A stretch of DNA of 62,768 nt, the filler included, from Catajapyx aquilonaris (lineage: Eukaryota): assembly GCA_000934665.2 (NCBI GenBank). It is 2 parts of 2 records of this genome, joined end to end, with 100 filler letters (N's around TTAATTAATTAA, not from the genome) between each part and the next. Parts side by side here need not be neighbours in the genome. Positions count along the whole stretch, not along the records: positions 31,443 to 62,768 come from JYFJ02004541.1; 1 more part is not named here. One strand, 5' to 3'. The translations under genes and the position numbers were made by a program. This document shows positions 36,594 to 49,739 of this stretch, in pieces. Each line of letters opens with the position of its first letter. The stretch's first letter is position 1. A model generated the notes under the pieces. That model did not search any database, was not told the DNA's origin, and saw only the letters and a list, made by a program, of their open reading frames with translations.

Positions 36594-38381
36594 ATGTTAA
36601 GAGAAATTCAGACTTTCTGGGGTTTACTGGCCATTGTTATTGTCCACTATGGATGGAATATGTACACGTACGCTAGACAGGTATGTGTTCTGGTCTATTA
36701 CTTAGGTCCGGCTGTATCAGCTGACATTCAGGAAAAACTGTGATATTCATTGTTAATTGATTGTTAAAATGAATGACTAATTTCAGCGAAATACGTTAGA
36801 GACAACAACGACAGTTCCCCCAGAAGTTAGTGACAACATCAGTCTAAAGTCGTTCAAGAAGAGGCGCAGAGTAGCCCTACGCAAAATTATTGGCGTCATG
36901 AGGCACCGGACATTAGTGGCATGCCTTTTGCTAGTGAGTGGGCTGTTTTTCATAGTTGACTTGTGACATTTTACGTTTCTCACGAACAACAGGGCGACTT
37001 CTGGATAAACAGCACGGCCCTCGTGTGGTCAGCCAGTCGGGACTTGACTCGATGTTTTGGCAAGGACAGCATCATGGATAACGAAGTCGTGCGATCCGTT
37101 GTTTTCTACCAGGTGATATGTACCTTTGGCCTGATATACCGGATGCTCGGAGTTACAGGTTCTGAAGGACCCCACGGAGAAACTTGGAATGAGGTAAGAA
37201 CAAAGGTGTGATATTATTGCACCATCACGTCGCGTCGGTACATAAATGCCCCTGGGATGTTTTGTTCGTAGGAGCTGTTCACACGGATGATCAGGAAGAC
37301 GAAAAAGTTTGTCCGAAGTCAGGTGTACATGCTGCCTGTAGTATTGTGTGTGGCATTCGCTGATTATTGGCGACAAGGAGTTCTATTCGCTTACGTGCAA
37401 GACCATGGTAAGGTGGTCACTACTTATGATACCATGTTAGGCAGAAGAATAACTGATGTTTTTGCAATTTTTAGAATTCGTCTGGTTTCTTTTGCTAATC
37501 GGACACATGATACAGAACGCCATTTACAAAGACTTGTACAAACCGCTTGTGAGGAAGCGGTACACCCTGCCTCAAGGACCACTTCGAGATAAAATTGAAG
37601 CAGAGGCGCTCAAAATAGGATTTCCAACAAGGAGCATTTTTATGGGAAAAGGTACGAGCTTTGGTTATGGCGTCGTCCGATGTGACCCGTATAATTTTTA
37701 TGTTTAGATGGACCCAAGGGGAAGCAAGGCAGACACGCCTACTTTCGAGGATTATACAATGACAAACACATTGTCATATGTGAGCGTTTGATACATCCGA
37801 AGTTGCGAGGTAACAACGAGGTATCTTATAACGACGACGAGGTACTGGCGGTCGTGGGTCACGAACTGGGCCACTGGTATTACAACCATAGCCTGAAGAA
37901 CTTCATATTCCACACAGTAAGTTAATTTATTAATTGTTGGCGAAAATATTAATGATTAATATGTACAGATAAAACCGGCGGCCACGCTGATTCTTTTCTT
38001 CCTGATGAACAAACACACTGAAATTTACAAAGTGCTTGGGATCACAGAAGGACGACCTGCAATTGTCGGGTTTCAATTAATGTTCCAGTATGTGTTCTTC
38101 GCTTGGGACCAGGTATGCAGATATGACCCCACAGAAATACCTGAGGTCATACCATTTTTTTTCTGTAGGTCAACTCCTTTTTATTCAACGCGTTGCAGCA
38201 TCATTTCGAATACCAAGCGGATAGTTTTTCCAAAAAACTAGGAAATGCCAAAGCTCTTCGCTCCAGTTTGCTCAAGTCACCTAAATTTCCTTTAAACGAT
38301 CGCTTGTTTACAATCTGGCACAGATCACATCCGTGCACAATGGACCGGATCAACGCTCTGATGGACGACAAAACAGAGTGA
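36594..38381 (+). CDS. STE24: CAAX prenyl protease 1 (STE24/ZMPSTE24)-like zinc metalloprotease, peptidase M48, divergent paralog; 8 exons, 437 aa
   Basis: Exons 36594-36680, 36787-36933, 36993-37193, 37272-37407, 37475-37651, 37708-37916, 37969-38112, 38169-38381. All seven introns are GT-AG, 52-106 nt, phases 0,0,0,1,1,0,0. The spliced frame is open for 1314 nt. Motifs: YARQ|RNTLETTTTVPPE, LPQGPLRDKIEAEALKIGFP, HAYFRG..KHIVI, EVLAVVGHELGHW (HEXXH at 37860-37874), FEYQADSFSKKLG (Glu at 38208-38210), WHRSHP..DRINAL. Several hydrophobic segments. The ATG choice is inferred. Confidence 0.93.
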
Positions 38382-38456
38382 ACATTCAAAATTTACAAAA
38401 TGTCAACAAAAATATATTAATTGCATTAATTTACCAACTCTCAAACTGCAAGCAAA

Positions 38457-38462
38457 AATAAA
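38457..38462 (+). promoter_or_regulatory. Candidate polyadenylation signal of the STE24-like gene
   Basis: AATAAA about 75 nt after the stop codon; further AATAAA copies near 38499 and 38520. Confidence 0.45.
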
Positions 38463-41400
38463 GCTAGAGACATGTATAGAATTAATTTATCCACTATCAA
38501 TAAATCACAGGTTATCGCCAATAAATGTCACTTCAGCTGAAACCTGTACCGGTTGGATTTGGTTGATAGCACGGATTACAATTTTGGGGCCAAATAGCCT
38601 ACAAAACAAATCCAACGGTTTGAATGGCAAGCTATAAACCAGGACTGACCGCCAAAGGCCACCGATAAGTTGCAATAAAAGAATATCTCATGATTTTCGC
38701 ACACTGTCATAAAATGCCAAAAAATTCGATCTCACCTTACAGTAGCAAAAAAATATTAGTTTTCAACCGCTGACATAACAAGAGCAGTGAAAATAATTGG
38801 ACTGTTGCATCAATAGCTATTTAAAATAAAAATGTAATTTTAAGCTAATTATGTGTTTTCCCAATTTTACATAACAGCCCTTCAAAATAATAGAAACGAA
38901 TCAATCGCTCAAATTAAGCTGCAAACTACTCAAAATATTTAACAGTGCGGTACATCATAAATTCTCTTAATTTGCTTCCAAACAATCGGACCCAAAATCT
39001 ATTCCTGTAACCGAAGAGGCCGTTAGTACATTTTATATGTTACAACACGCCGTGGAATGTCCACTGTCCGTAATTTAGAGCCGACATATAATTGAGTCGC
39101 ATTGATTGGATGAGAAAAAAAAGAGTGGACAGATGTCCCGGGCAAATGAGCTCTGCTGAACGATTAATCGCCTAATCACGCGCACTTCCATCGCTATCAG
39201 CACCATCGATTCCCAATCCCACATCTTATTTTCCAATCGGCTCAATCGGATTGGGTGAAAAACACAGGAACTTGCATAAACTCCCTCCAGGGTGGTCCAA
39301 CTGGCATGGTTTGCCATCTCGTGGGCGCATGGACAACTTCAGATGAACGAGGTTCAATTGGGTAGCTTGAACCAGGTTTAATTGTTATAAGTGAATCCAT
39401 CTGATATGGAGAACTAACTAATAAGCAACAATCGAGCAGTATCTTGGTGTGCATTTATTTAAAATTTTGATGCCTAATTTATATTCAAAATTTGAATACA
39501 GGTAGCAATAATCTCCAAATTATTATGTTTTGAAATGAGGATAACACAAATGAATATATTGTCATTCCATGAATTGTCGCATTCCGGAGCAATAAGGGCG
39601 TAAAACTGGAATGCAATTGAGTGGAAGGTAGGTGGGAAAAAAACAAAACAGAAAATTGGAGTTGAAAATAAGGGCGAGGTTGGGCTAATTAGATGGGTGT
39701 GGCACATCTGCGACTTTTGTCATTCAAACTGTCAAGGTAGATCACATGAAACCAGGTCAGGGTCGCTCCTATGAGATTCTTCATGGTTGGTTGCAATGTG
39801 TGAACTTCAACAATATGCCAAAATACAGAGCAAGAGGAGAGTTAACTAACTCACAAAAATTAACCTTGTGCTTGAAACGTATGAAAATATCTAAAGAAGT
39901 AAAGTTTATTAAGGAATAATAATTAATGGCAAAAATCATTTTTGGGATATTACATGGTGGCATGTCGGCATAACATGGTGGCAGTGCTTTTCTCTTTAGA
40001 ACATGATAACCCTAGCCTTCAACCATACCTTCACTCAACATGTAAGTGGTGTCTAGTGCACTATACTATATTCTCCCAGCAAAAAAAAAACCCTTCCTCC
40101 AAAAATTCCACAAAAAAGTTATATGATGACAAAGCCACCAACTGTTAGAACGAACAAACCGAACTGGAAACGAATAACTTATTTTAGAGACAATTATTAA
40201 AGTTACTGAACCGAGCGGTCTGCCTAATTTTGTAATGTGTGTGGATTTGAGGCCGCCCATAGTAACCCACAGTTTTTACTGCCGCCAGGAGAGAGCACTC
40301 AATTGCGACAAAACTACCTGGTTGTTTTACTCCTGTTTACTAAAGTTGATAGCGTCCAGTATTATGCGAGGAACAATTTGTGCCTATAACAGCGATTTTC
40401 CCTGAAGTTGTAATATTTCAGGACTTTTGGTGAGAAAAAGGATGTTTTTACACAAAGTGGGCCTTTCGGGCATATACCGTATAGGCAGTGCAGGGTGCAT
40501 TATGGAGACATGAATAAGTAATTTCGATTTTGAGCCACTTTGGAAACGAAGTGCTTTTTTCCCTCATCCACTTTCATTTGCACTATTACAACGGGGTGAT
40601 GACAACTCATTTCGTATAATGCACTTAAAAAAACAAACCTAGGCCAAACTGATGCAGTTGCAAGGCTCCAACTGGTTAAGTGAGAGAGCATGCGGATACC
40701 ATTAATTATTAGCTATGTGTAGCGATTTCTACTAGTAGATTGTAGAGAATCGTTCTTTCAATTAATGAATCGAATATTAGCAGCTAATATTCTCGATAAC
40801 AGTGAAAATTTTTGCAAATAAGCTTTTAGCATGAAATTTTTTTCTTCAGTAGCATGTGCTGATCACTGCTACTTTCTATTTGGTAATAGCAGCTTTCGAA
40901 CTGCCAAGTGTTTACAGGTGTCCCTGATCCTGTTGAACCCATGACAATCCTCACAACTCCATCAGACACGACCAGATCTCTCTGCAAGTGGTCCCCCATT
41001 ATATCTGGATCAGCTGATCCCAGGATTAGTAGGATCAGCCGAAAAACACGTTAAGCTAAGAGCCAGCGAGTTTACTGCGATATTGATTTGAGTTTGCAGA
41101 GTGTGGCAAAAGCTGCGGGCAAAAGCACCCTCCCACTTGCCATCGATTGTACGGCCGGCCAGAGACTCCTGATAAGAACCCTGGCAGCAGCCACGGGAGA
41201 CTATAATACGGCAGAAGAGCTAGAGGTAGGTGGGGGTTCCAGTCTCCTAAGTAATGATCCTGCGGCCTAATTGCCTTTGAACCTCCTGCACACCGTTCCC
41301 ACGCCGCTGAACTGCACTTGCTGACTAACTTCTCTCTCATGGAGCTAACTCTCGGGATCAACTCTCCTTTGGCAGGTGGAAACATCAGACACGCCGCCAC

Positions 41401-42171
41401 AAATTGGGTATGAGACACTCGACACATAGCAACATATTGCAGGTGACAATATCAGCAGAATTCACCTGAACATGATGTCCATGAGCATTTGTGTAAGACA
41501 TTCTTGGGAAGGACTTTCGTAATGAGAGACCGTATAGGGGCACACTCATGACCTAACCTTCCTTTCCGGCGGATACACGCCTATCCTCAGCGGATACACC
41601 CCTAAGAGAGTAGGTAAAACTGGGGGTCTCCCGTGACGAACGTGTAGCCCATTCTTGTACACACTGCATCATTCTCGACATTTAGCTATGAAAAAAAAAG
41701 ATTGGAACCTACAACCCTTCAGTGTCTTCCTCAACAAGCTAGCTAGTACCATGAATATACAGCAAGTCTCTCAGGCAACAATATATGGCGTCGTGGGGTA
41801 AGAAACATTCGTCTGAAAAGAAAATTTATAGCCGGAGCATCGTCTCCGATAGGGCCCATAGTGCCCTCATTTCGGTCTAGGGGGCTCCCAATCTTCCTCC
41901 CGTATCCCGCCAGTCCTTAAAGCACTCCATTTCTGCCGAGCCACCTAAATGAATGGCATCCTTATCCCCGGAGCATAAACTTTATTCCCATCAAGGGGGT
42001 GTAAAAAAGGATATGAAGTGGCGCGCACGGAATTCCGCTGTCTCGTCCTCCATCTTATTAAAACGACTGGACTTGTCATTTCAGGCCTACATTATGAGCC
42101 TCAAAAATATTGGGCTTAGGCTGACTCGAAAAGTGTGACCAACGGTGTTCTAAAGACCGAAAAAAATTATA

Positions 42172-42351
42172 TACGCTCACGTCGCGTTCACGTCACGTTC
42201 ACGTCGCGTTGCGCTCATGCCACGCTCAAAACACGTTCTCACGAAATCACGTAATTTGAAGAGATCTTCCTACACATGGCCACATTTGGAACCTGACAAT
42301 CACGACCATGCCACGTTCACGTCACGCTCACGTCACGCGCATAACACGCTC
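42172..42351 (+). repeat. Two clusters of 11-bp CACG-core repeats (cacgYtcacgt), probably subterminal repeats of a decayed DNA transposon
   Basis: acgctcacgtcgcgttcacgtcacgttcacgtcgcgtt... and ...ccacgttcacgtcacgctcacgtcacgcgc. A possible terminus, cggtgttctaaagaccg, lies just upstream. Confidence 0.6.
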
Positions 42352-44730
42352 GTTTGAAATTACTCAATTTTCTCGCATTTTCATACATATTACCCCCATT
42401 TCCAATGAAACGCGTCCCCTTTGAGAGAAATGTCCCAAATGGATAAGCTTATATATTTTTCAGTTCCATCTTCTCTGTAGGAGTTACGTACTACCTCGGT
42501 CCCTTCTGCCCAAATCCCGTCGGCCGCTCTTCAAAGCCGATCTTTTGGAGGCTCAAAAGAGAAACGTCTATTGTGGCGAGAGCTAAAGCACGTCTCGTCT
42601 TTCTTAATGACGTGAGGAAGAGACGGGCCATCTTTCTTGCAGATTGGCTGGATTAATGGACTAAATCGGATCCCCTGTGTTCCGGCGTCCGTATATATTC
42701 AGTAAGACCACCCATAACTCATCGGCTGTGCTCTTGATACTGCTGCTACACATTTCATGGTTTATAGTAACTTGTAGCGACTATAGGTTCCCCAAAAAGT
42801 CAGGCTGAAACATTGGGCAACAATGCAGTTCTTGAAACTGTAGCATACATTGCAATAATCAAATCCAGCAGGGCTCATTATTATTTTCTACTTAGGACTG
42901 TACATATTTCATATCGATATTGCAAAATATATTCCACATCGATCAGTGGAACATCAAATATTGAAATTTCGACACAATGGTTGCCTCGAATTACCGTACA
43001 TACTTCCTGTACATTCAATGAACACATTTTAAAACTCATTGCTTTATTCAACAGCCAGACAAAAATCGCTTGAACTTACCCGTTTCTTTCCCAACAAAAA
43101 AAGCTGCAGTTTTCCACCGGAATTTTGAAAGGTGCCAGAAACAGAGGCCGACCCGTCGTCCTTTTTTGACAGTTCATTCCCTACACTCCACGACATAAAT
43201 CGTCCACAAAAGCTGCTAGAAATCCATTTTTAACTTCAAAAAAACTGTATGGAAATTCTACATTTTAGCAAAGAAATTCTATGGAGAACTCTTGATCTGT
43301 CCTGCCGTCACGGGAATTCCCCGTTCCTTCAGGATACAGGAGATTAACCCTAGTAATCTCCTTTCCGTGCAACAATTTGGGGGTCCTACTATCTCTCTTT
43401 TCCCTGCCGGTAAGTAAATGCACGGCCAAGCAGTAAATCCGGTGCTTTTAGGGCGAAAAGGAGGTTGGTCCCTTGGCAAAAATTCCTCACAGTCCATCAC
43501 TGTAACCCACAGGAAGCTTTCAAAGAGAAAATTAAATGCTCGCCCAGTGGCATTGGCTGCGCAGTTCCAGGTTTTCTCCATGGCAAAAACCCGACTTTAA
43601 CTAGGACCATTTTATTCCTTTGAGCACAAGTCCAAGGGTTGGTTTAAAAAAAAACTCTCTCCAATCCTATCCACTCTGGGGTCCAATCCCAGGAGTACTG
43701 TACCATTCTAATTGAAATAAATGTTTTCTTGGCGGTTCTTTCCTAGAGGGGCGCCACCCAATTGCGGGCCACAGATTTTTGTGAAAATATGACCGTTTTT
43801 TTTGGATAATGACTATTGATCCACATGATTATACTGTTCAATTAGACTGCGGGGGGAAAACTTGACAACCCTAATTTTTATCAATTTTTACCTGAACACC
43901 TGGCAACTATGTAAAAAAACATGACAAACATTTCACGTATGCATGAGAAATTCGCTCTCCTTAACAGTTACACTTTTAAGGATTATCAAGTTTTTCCATC
44001 ACACCCCTCAAAATATGCAATACAGGTCGTAACGTGGCCTCACCAGGGCGGTTATAAGAAAACGTCTTCATCATCTGGAACGTCTTCTCCTTGTCTTATA
44101 AGGGACGTTATAAGGAAGATAGTGAGCATATTCTTTCTGAATGGGCTGGAATTCCATGCTTTCCAGGTTCCGATATCGCCTCCAGCAAGGGCATTATGAA
44201 GTCGTCACTCCTTTTGGTCGGGACCATGTCTGCGGTCAAGTCGTGATGGAATTTCTTGGATATTGAGAGGTCGGTCTGGAGATGAAATGGGCTGTGAAAG
44301 TCATTCGCCTCCGCCTTTACTTTTCTCAATCTTCTCTTTTTCTTCTTGGAGGAATCTGCCCTTCTCATTTCGACCAGAAACCTCGGGGATGTGCCTACCG
44401 TGGCTGGCCCAAGGCGACCATGTGGAAACTACTTCCCTTCGACCTTTATGCACTCATCTTATCCGTGGGTTAGTTGGTTTTCTTTGCGGAACTGCAGAGT
44501 CCTAAGGATTTGGCTTAGAAGATGGTTATTGACAGAAGGGGTTCTTTTTTATTTATCTCCTGATTGGACTGGATGATTTCTTGTTTGGAATGTCTGGAGG
44601 AAATGCTAAGTTAAACAAAGATTCTAAAATCGTTAGTGTGTAAATAGTGGATGTAATATTCCAGAACAAATATACCGTACACCACGATAAAACATTGAAG
44701 AAACATAGCTTTTGAGATTTGTTTACATTG

Positions 44731-44810
44731 CGCAGGGTGAGAATTACAAGGTTGTAACTGCAATGAAAATCATATGTACGTAGTTACAACCTTGTAATTC
44801 TCACCCCGCG
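44731..44810. repeat. 80-bp near-perfect inverted repeat (29-bp stem, 22-nt loop)
   Basis: cgcagggtgagaattacaaggttgtaact (44731-44759) pairs with agttacaaccttgtaattctcaccccgcg (44782-44810), 1 mismatch. Confidence 0.85.
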
Positions 44811-47800
44811 ATTTGGACCCATATTTTGTGCAACCGAACAAATGAAACATGTGCAAGTAAGCATGATAACACTATAATACAACACTGTTAAATTCATCCA
44901 CTAGAGCATGAAACAGGTTTTACATAAACTGTTGAATAAAAGAATATTGAAATCGTTTTATGTTTAACACAGGTTATGCTGCAGTATATTTTGCTTTCAG
45001 GTCTCCAACCAACTATTCTTGCCGAGTTTACAAACAACACGATATCTTTCGAATTTGTTAGTGGCATTTTATATTCTACGAGTATTTCAGAAAACATATA
45101 AACTTTTATTAATATAATTATGTCATACGTTATATGGGCAAACCTTTTTTGATAAACTTCAAAGACTGAGCTTGCTAACCGCATAGCTTGCAAAATATGA
45201 CATTACAAAAAGCTAACGCTATAGAGTCCAGGATAAAAGCAGTTATTCGAAAACCACAAAAACATGTACATTTTTAAAAATACGATTGTAGTTGAGTCCA
45301 CGTACGCACCACACGCGGAAATTAGATAAACAGAATATTCGGTGCAGGGAACAGTCATATACGCAATAGCATTTCAAAAGCACAATTCTACTTGTACAAG
45401 AGAATATAATTTTGCCAGGATATGTGCTCACATTCTGCAACCTGCAATGCTCAGCTTTGTATCGTATCGTCCACATTTGAACACATATAGCAAATCAATA
45501 GTCTTCATTTTTTAAATAGAAGAAAGCCATGAAGGAATACAATAATACAAGCATACAATAATATTCTATATGATTCTATTTGACTATTCCCTCCCCAACA
45601 CACCCCCAAAAAATATCAAGTAACTGGCACACATGCAAAAAAGTTGCATTTACATCCCCCGAACGTGACTTGATACCCATACAACCTTGGCACATGTCGC
45701 ATCCAAAATAGGGCACAATAATACCACACAATTCAAACCCCGTTCAGACCGAATTAGCATACCCTCAGCATATAAAGCAACCACCCAATTTTGCAAGTCA
45801 AAAATCGAGGCAATAGCATTTTAAAAGTGACGAATCGTCCTTTCCCTAGACTTCAAAGTGGGACACTCCTTCATTAGTCCCATCTCTATGCCGGGACACG
45901 TCCTCCTTCAATAAGATGCCCACCAAAGTTGTGAATAAGATGGTCTTCTTGGCTGACACTCCCCTTCCAACTTACTCAATTTCGTGGGGGGGGGGGGGGG
46001 GGGGGGGGGGGGCANATTATTCCGCCTTCTTCATATCCCTTCATGACTATCGCTCCATTGACCAGAAGACGGGGGTTCCTATATGGGGAAACCCAATCAC
46101 ATCCGCATTAGTCTGTAGCTTGGAAGGGGCTTACGACCAGTTTTCGTGAGCAGAAAACTTGATCGGAACAATTTTTTTCTTTCATAACAAAAAGGAAGGT
46201 GCTAAAATGAAGAATGATCGAGAAAAGACAACGTGTATTTTCCTGTCCTGAAATTTATGAACGTCCCTTAATGGCCGCATGTCCCGGTATCGGAAACTAC
46301 TCAACACTTTTTCGGCAGCTGGCGCTGATGGACCACGAAGCACATTTGGTTGCAGGGTCGATTTGTTGGGAATTCGAACCAGTCGTGACCTTTACTCGGT
46401 GCTAAGTCGCTTTCTGTTTTCAAATGCTGGGCGCGAATCTAATTAATTTGTGATGAACCGGCAACATTTACGCCAACTCTCTTAGCGTTACGATCGCTTT
46501 TTACGGGATCCACCCGCAAAAAAAACATGGCTACTCTCCTTAAAACACACCTAACGAGGTCTTAAACCCAGTTCCCAGCACTTTTCCCTGCTGAAGTAAA
46601 TTACCCGCCTTTTCTACAATGTAAGCAACAGCATGCAGATGTGTATATGCAAATATTGGGAACTTTTATTACAGTACAGTATGACTACAATTTTCAAGAG
46701 AGACTTGCTACAATATTGATTGAGTACCTGCCTTTCCACTTACAATTAATTGATCGACGACCAGAATTTCACTTTTTCAGAAGAGGAAAATTCAATAACC
46801 GCCAGAGTATGCTACAACCACAGGACCGGAGATTGGTGAGACAAAAGCCTATAGGGGAAAGCCTTTCCAAAAAGCTTTACACTAATATAGCCTATAGTAT
46901 GAAGTCAAACACAGGGACCTACAGTGCATTTGCATATGGTAACATACAGTTAGTTCTCCCAAAGAGAATATGTGAAACTGTGACTTGTTAGTTCACGGTA
47001 CCGGAAGTAGATTAAATATACACAGAAGCAGAAGTTATTAATGTATGCCGCCTGTAGTTTGGAGTTATGTTAGGTTATTAAATGAAAAATTCGTTTCATT
47101 AACTATTGAATTCAATCAGTCTTTGAGAACCATAGTAAATTGAACCAATCTTTTTTTTCAGTTTGTATTGGCTAACCACATCACATCGAATCCACAATTT
47201 CGAGGTCGAAAAAAAAGACAAATCCCGTCTCCCATTTCGATTTACACCACGTGCGAAAAAGCGATTTTCCGACTTTGTTTCTGAATCCGCCTTCTGAATG
47301 CGACATATGTTGTCGAGTAGGCTTAACAAAAGGATGGGGTGGAAAATTCGATTGGTTCCAAAAAATTCCATTCACGCCTGGAAGTAAGTTATGGCGAAAC
47401 CTGTAGTTTGGAGGCAGCATTAATCACATGGATCAAAATAAAACTCTGCTATTGAACACAAACGCAATCCTCCAAATATGGCGGTCATTAATTAAAGCGG
47501 ATCAACCACAAGCTGTGTTTGTGGTTCAAAAACATCCCTATCATTCCGATATTAATTTTTAGTCGTGCGGAACTAAATTGAACGATGCTAATATTACATT
47601 TGTGGAGCCGTCAATGTCCCCAAGTTCATTTCATACACGGACATCATGCCTGACACAATCCGATGCTGGCAAATGCACAGTTAAAGGCTTGACACTTAAT
47701 TTGTGGTTTCAAATATTAGGCTAATAGCTGACCACTACATGCGTAATATTGAGAGTCCAAGCTGTGTGTTAAACAGATTTGAACAATGAACATATTATTG

Positions 47801-49404
47801 CTGTATCGGAAAATGCACAATATTATCTGGCGTGTAATATTTGGGGTGTGTAAATATCCTGCTGTGTGAATAAATACCTTAGGATGATTCGCATAATTAT
47901 ATTTTGCAATGATTTATAATTTATATTTTCCTCGTGCGTGACAATGTCGTTGTAATATCGCTCTTTTTTGAATATGATATTAGGTCGTTTTGCTGAAGAA
48001 AAAAACTTGTTAATTTTCCGGGCCTTGCGGGGAGAATGTGACCACCCTGATAACATGTAACAATGCATGTCAAGTCGCATTTTTCTCTCGGGAAGTTGCA
48101 CATTGTTGACTTTTCTTTGGCGTCAAAACATGAGCGTGGCATTGTGTCGAGCTCATGCAGCCACACACTTGCAACTTTCATGTCGAGTTTATCAATATTG
48201 TAGCGAGATATACAGGCCTCGGCCCCTTTTGTTGCAAAATAATACGCGTGACAAATGTGGAATTAAACATGACTTCGGGGACTTTCAAGCATGTAGCACT
48301 ATTTCAAAATGTTGATAACACAAAATAATCTTTTCGTCTGAAACCACTTTAACAAGGGCCGTCAACTTTTAAAAAATCACCTCTCTGGGTAGTAAACCAC
48401 CCTTATACTGTACTAACGAAATAATGAAATAAAAACCACTCACGCATATACAACACGGCTTGTGCCTGTAGGGGACAGTCAGCAATAAACGAAGCAGCAC
48501 ATGTAACAACAGGCTACTATAAACATGCAATGAAAGCAATGTACAAAATGACTAAATAAGTAATAACAATTGTTGACAAACATTGCCGGGTTAACTTCAG
48601 CATGCCTGCACATGTCTCGACCGTTATAGGCTTGCTGACAAGCAAACCAAGCGCGAGTCTCCAATAACGGCCATTTTGATCCGATCAGTGGTATATCGCA
48701 CCGCCTTGAACCAATACCGCCATCGGTGTTGTCATCCCTGCAAATAGCAGTAAATTACTCTAAGCCTATTGCTAGACTGTCCGTGAAGGACAGCAATATT
48801 TTCCAAGCCCCACTGGACATACACGATCATAACCAATGCCACATTCTATCTGAACGGCTCGTTTAGCATCCTATAACAGGGGGCCTGTTCATCAGACCAA
48901 TTGCAAAGGGAGCCATGGGACAACAATGCATGTCCGATCGAGCGATCAAATACCCCCCCTCTTTTTTGTTGTTGTTTAAATATCGGAGGCCCCATGTTTG
49001 CACCGGGACGCTGTACTTGTCGCGTAATGACTGGTGCCAGCAGTTAGGTCCGGGTGTATGGGGCGGGGTAGTTCTCATTTATCACTTAGACGGATTCAAA
49101 TTAACTCGCAGGGTTAGGGGGCGTACCACAGTTTGCGGGACTCACAGACTTCAGAACTGACCCATTCCGGCACGTCATAAAGAGGGAGGGCCCCGCACGT
49201 TGGTTTTGATTACATCACTCCTAATTACTCGCACTTCATGCTACATTTTGCTCAGGAAAAGGACCTTTCCCTAGGGGTTCTGTTGCAATGTTGTGAGCTT
49301 CCCAGCAGACAGATCCTGGGGACTTAAAGGAGCAATCATATTGTTAGCATCACTTCTACGTAATAAGCTGGATTGTATCAATGTTTCTATTTATTATCCA
49401 TACA

Positions 49405-49739
49405 CTAACAAGGGAATGACCAAGGGTGGTCGCCTTCCGATTTCGCTGAAACTTGCATGCGGGGTCAATAATGTGCCATAGACACAGTGGTGAAAGTTCT
49501 AAATGGCAGTGTTGAGCCATTTCCGAGATATGAGCGACAGAATAAGCATCCACTTGTTCCTTTCCCGCCCGACCCCTGTACGCGCGGCCAAAATTCGGAT
49601 GCTTTTGTCGCTCATATCTAGGAAATGGCTGAACACTGCCATTTAGAACTTTCACCACTGTGTCTGTGGCACATGATTGACCCCTCATGCAAGTTTCATC
49701 CAAATCGGAGGCGACCACTCTTGGTCATTCCCTTGTAAG
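49405..49739. mobile_element. Foldback MITE, about 145-bp TIRs, termini CTAACAAGGG...CCCTTGTAAG
   Basis: Arms 49405-49551 and 49597-49739 are reverse complements with about 10 differences; 45-bp spacer; no clear TSD. Confidence 0.88.

Noticed and set aside
41102..41401. Possible additional solo LTR (TGTGGC...GCCACA)
   Set aside because: Flanks agag/aatt do not form a TSD and there is no second copy in the window.
45985..46015. Long poly-G runs next to single Ns (also near 26320, 27080, 52893)
   Set aside because: Low-quality homopolymer regions; their lengths are unreliable.
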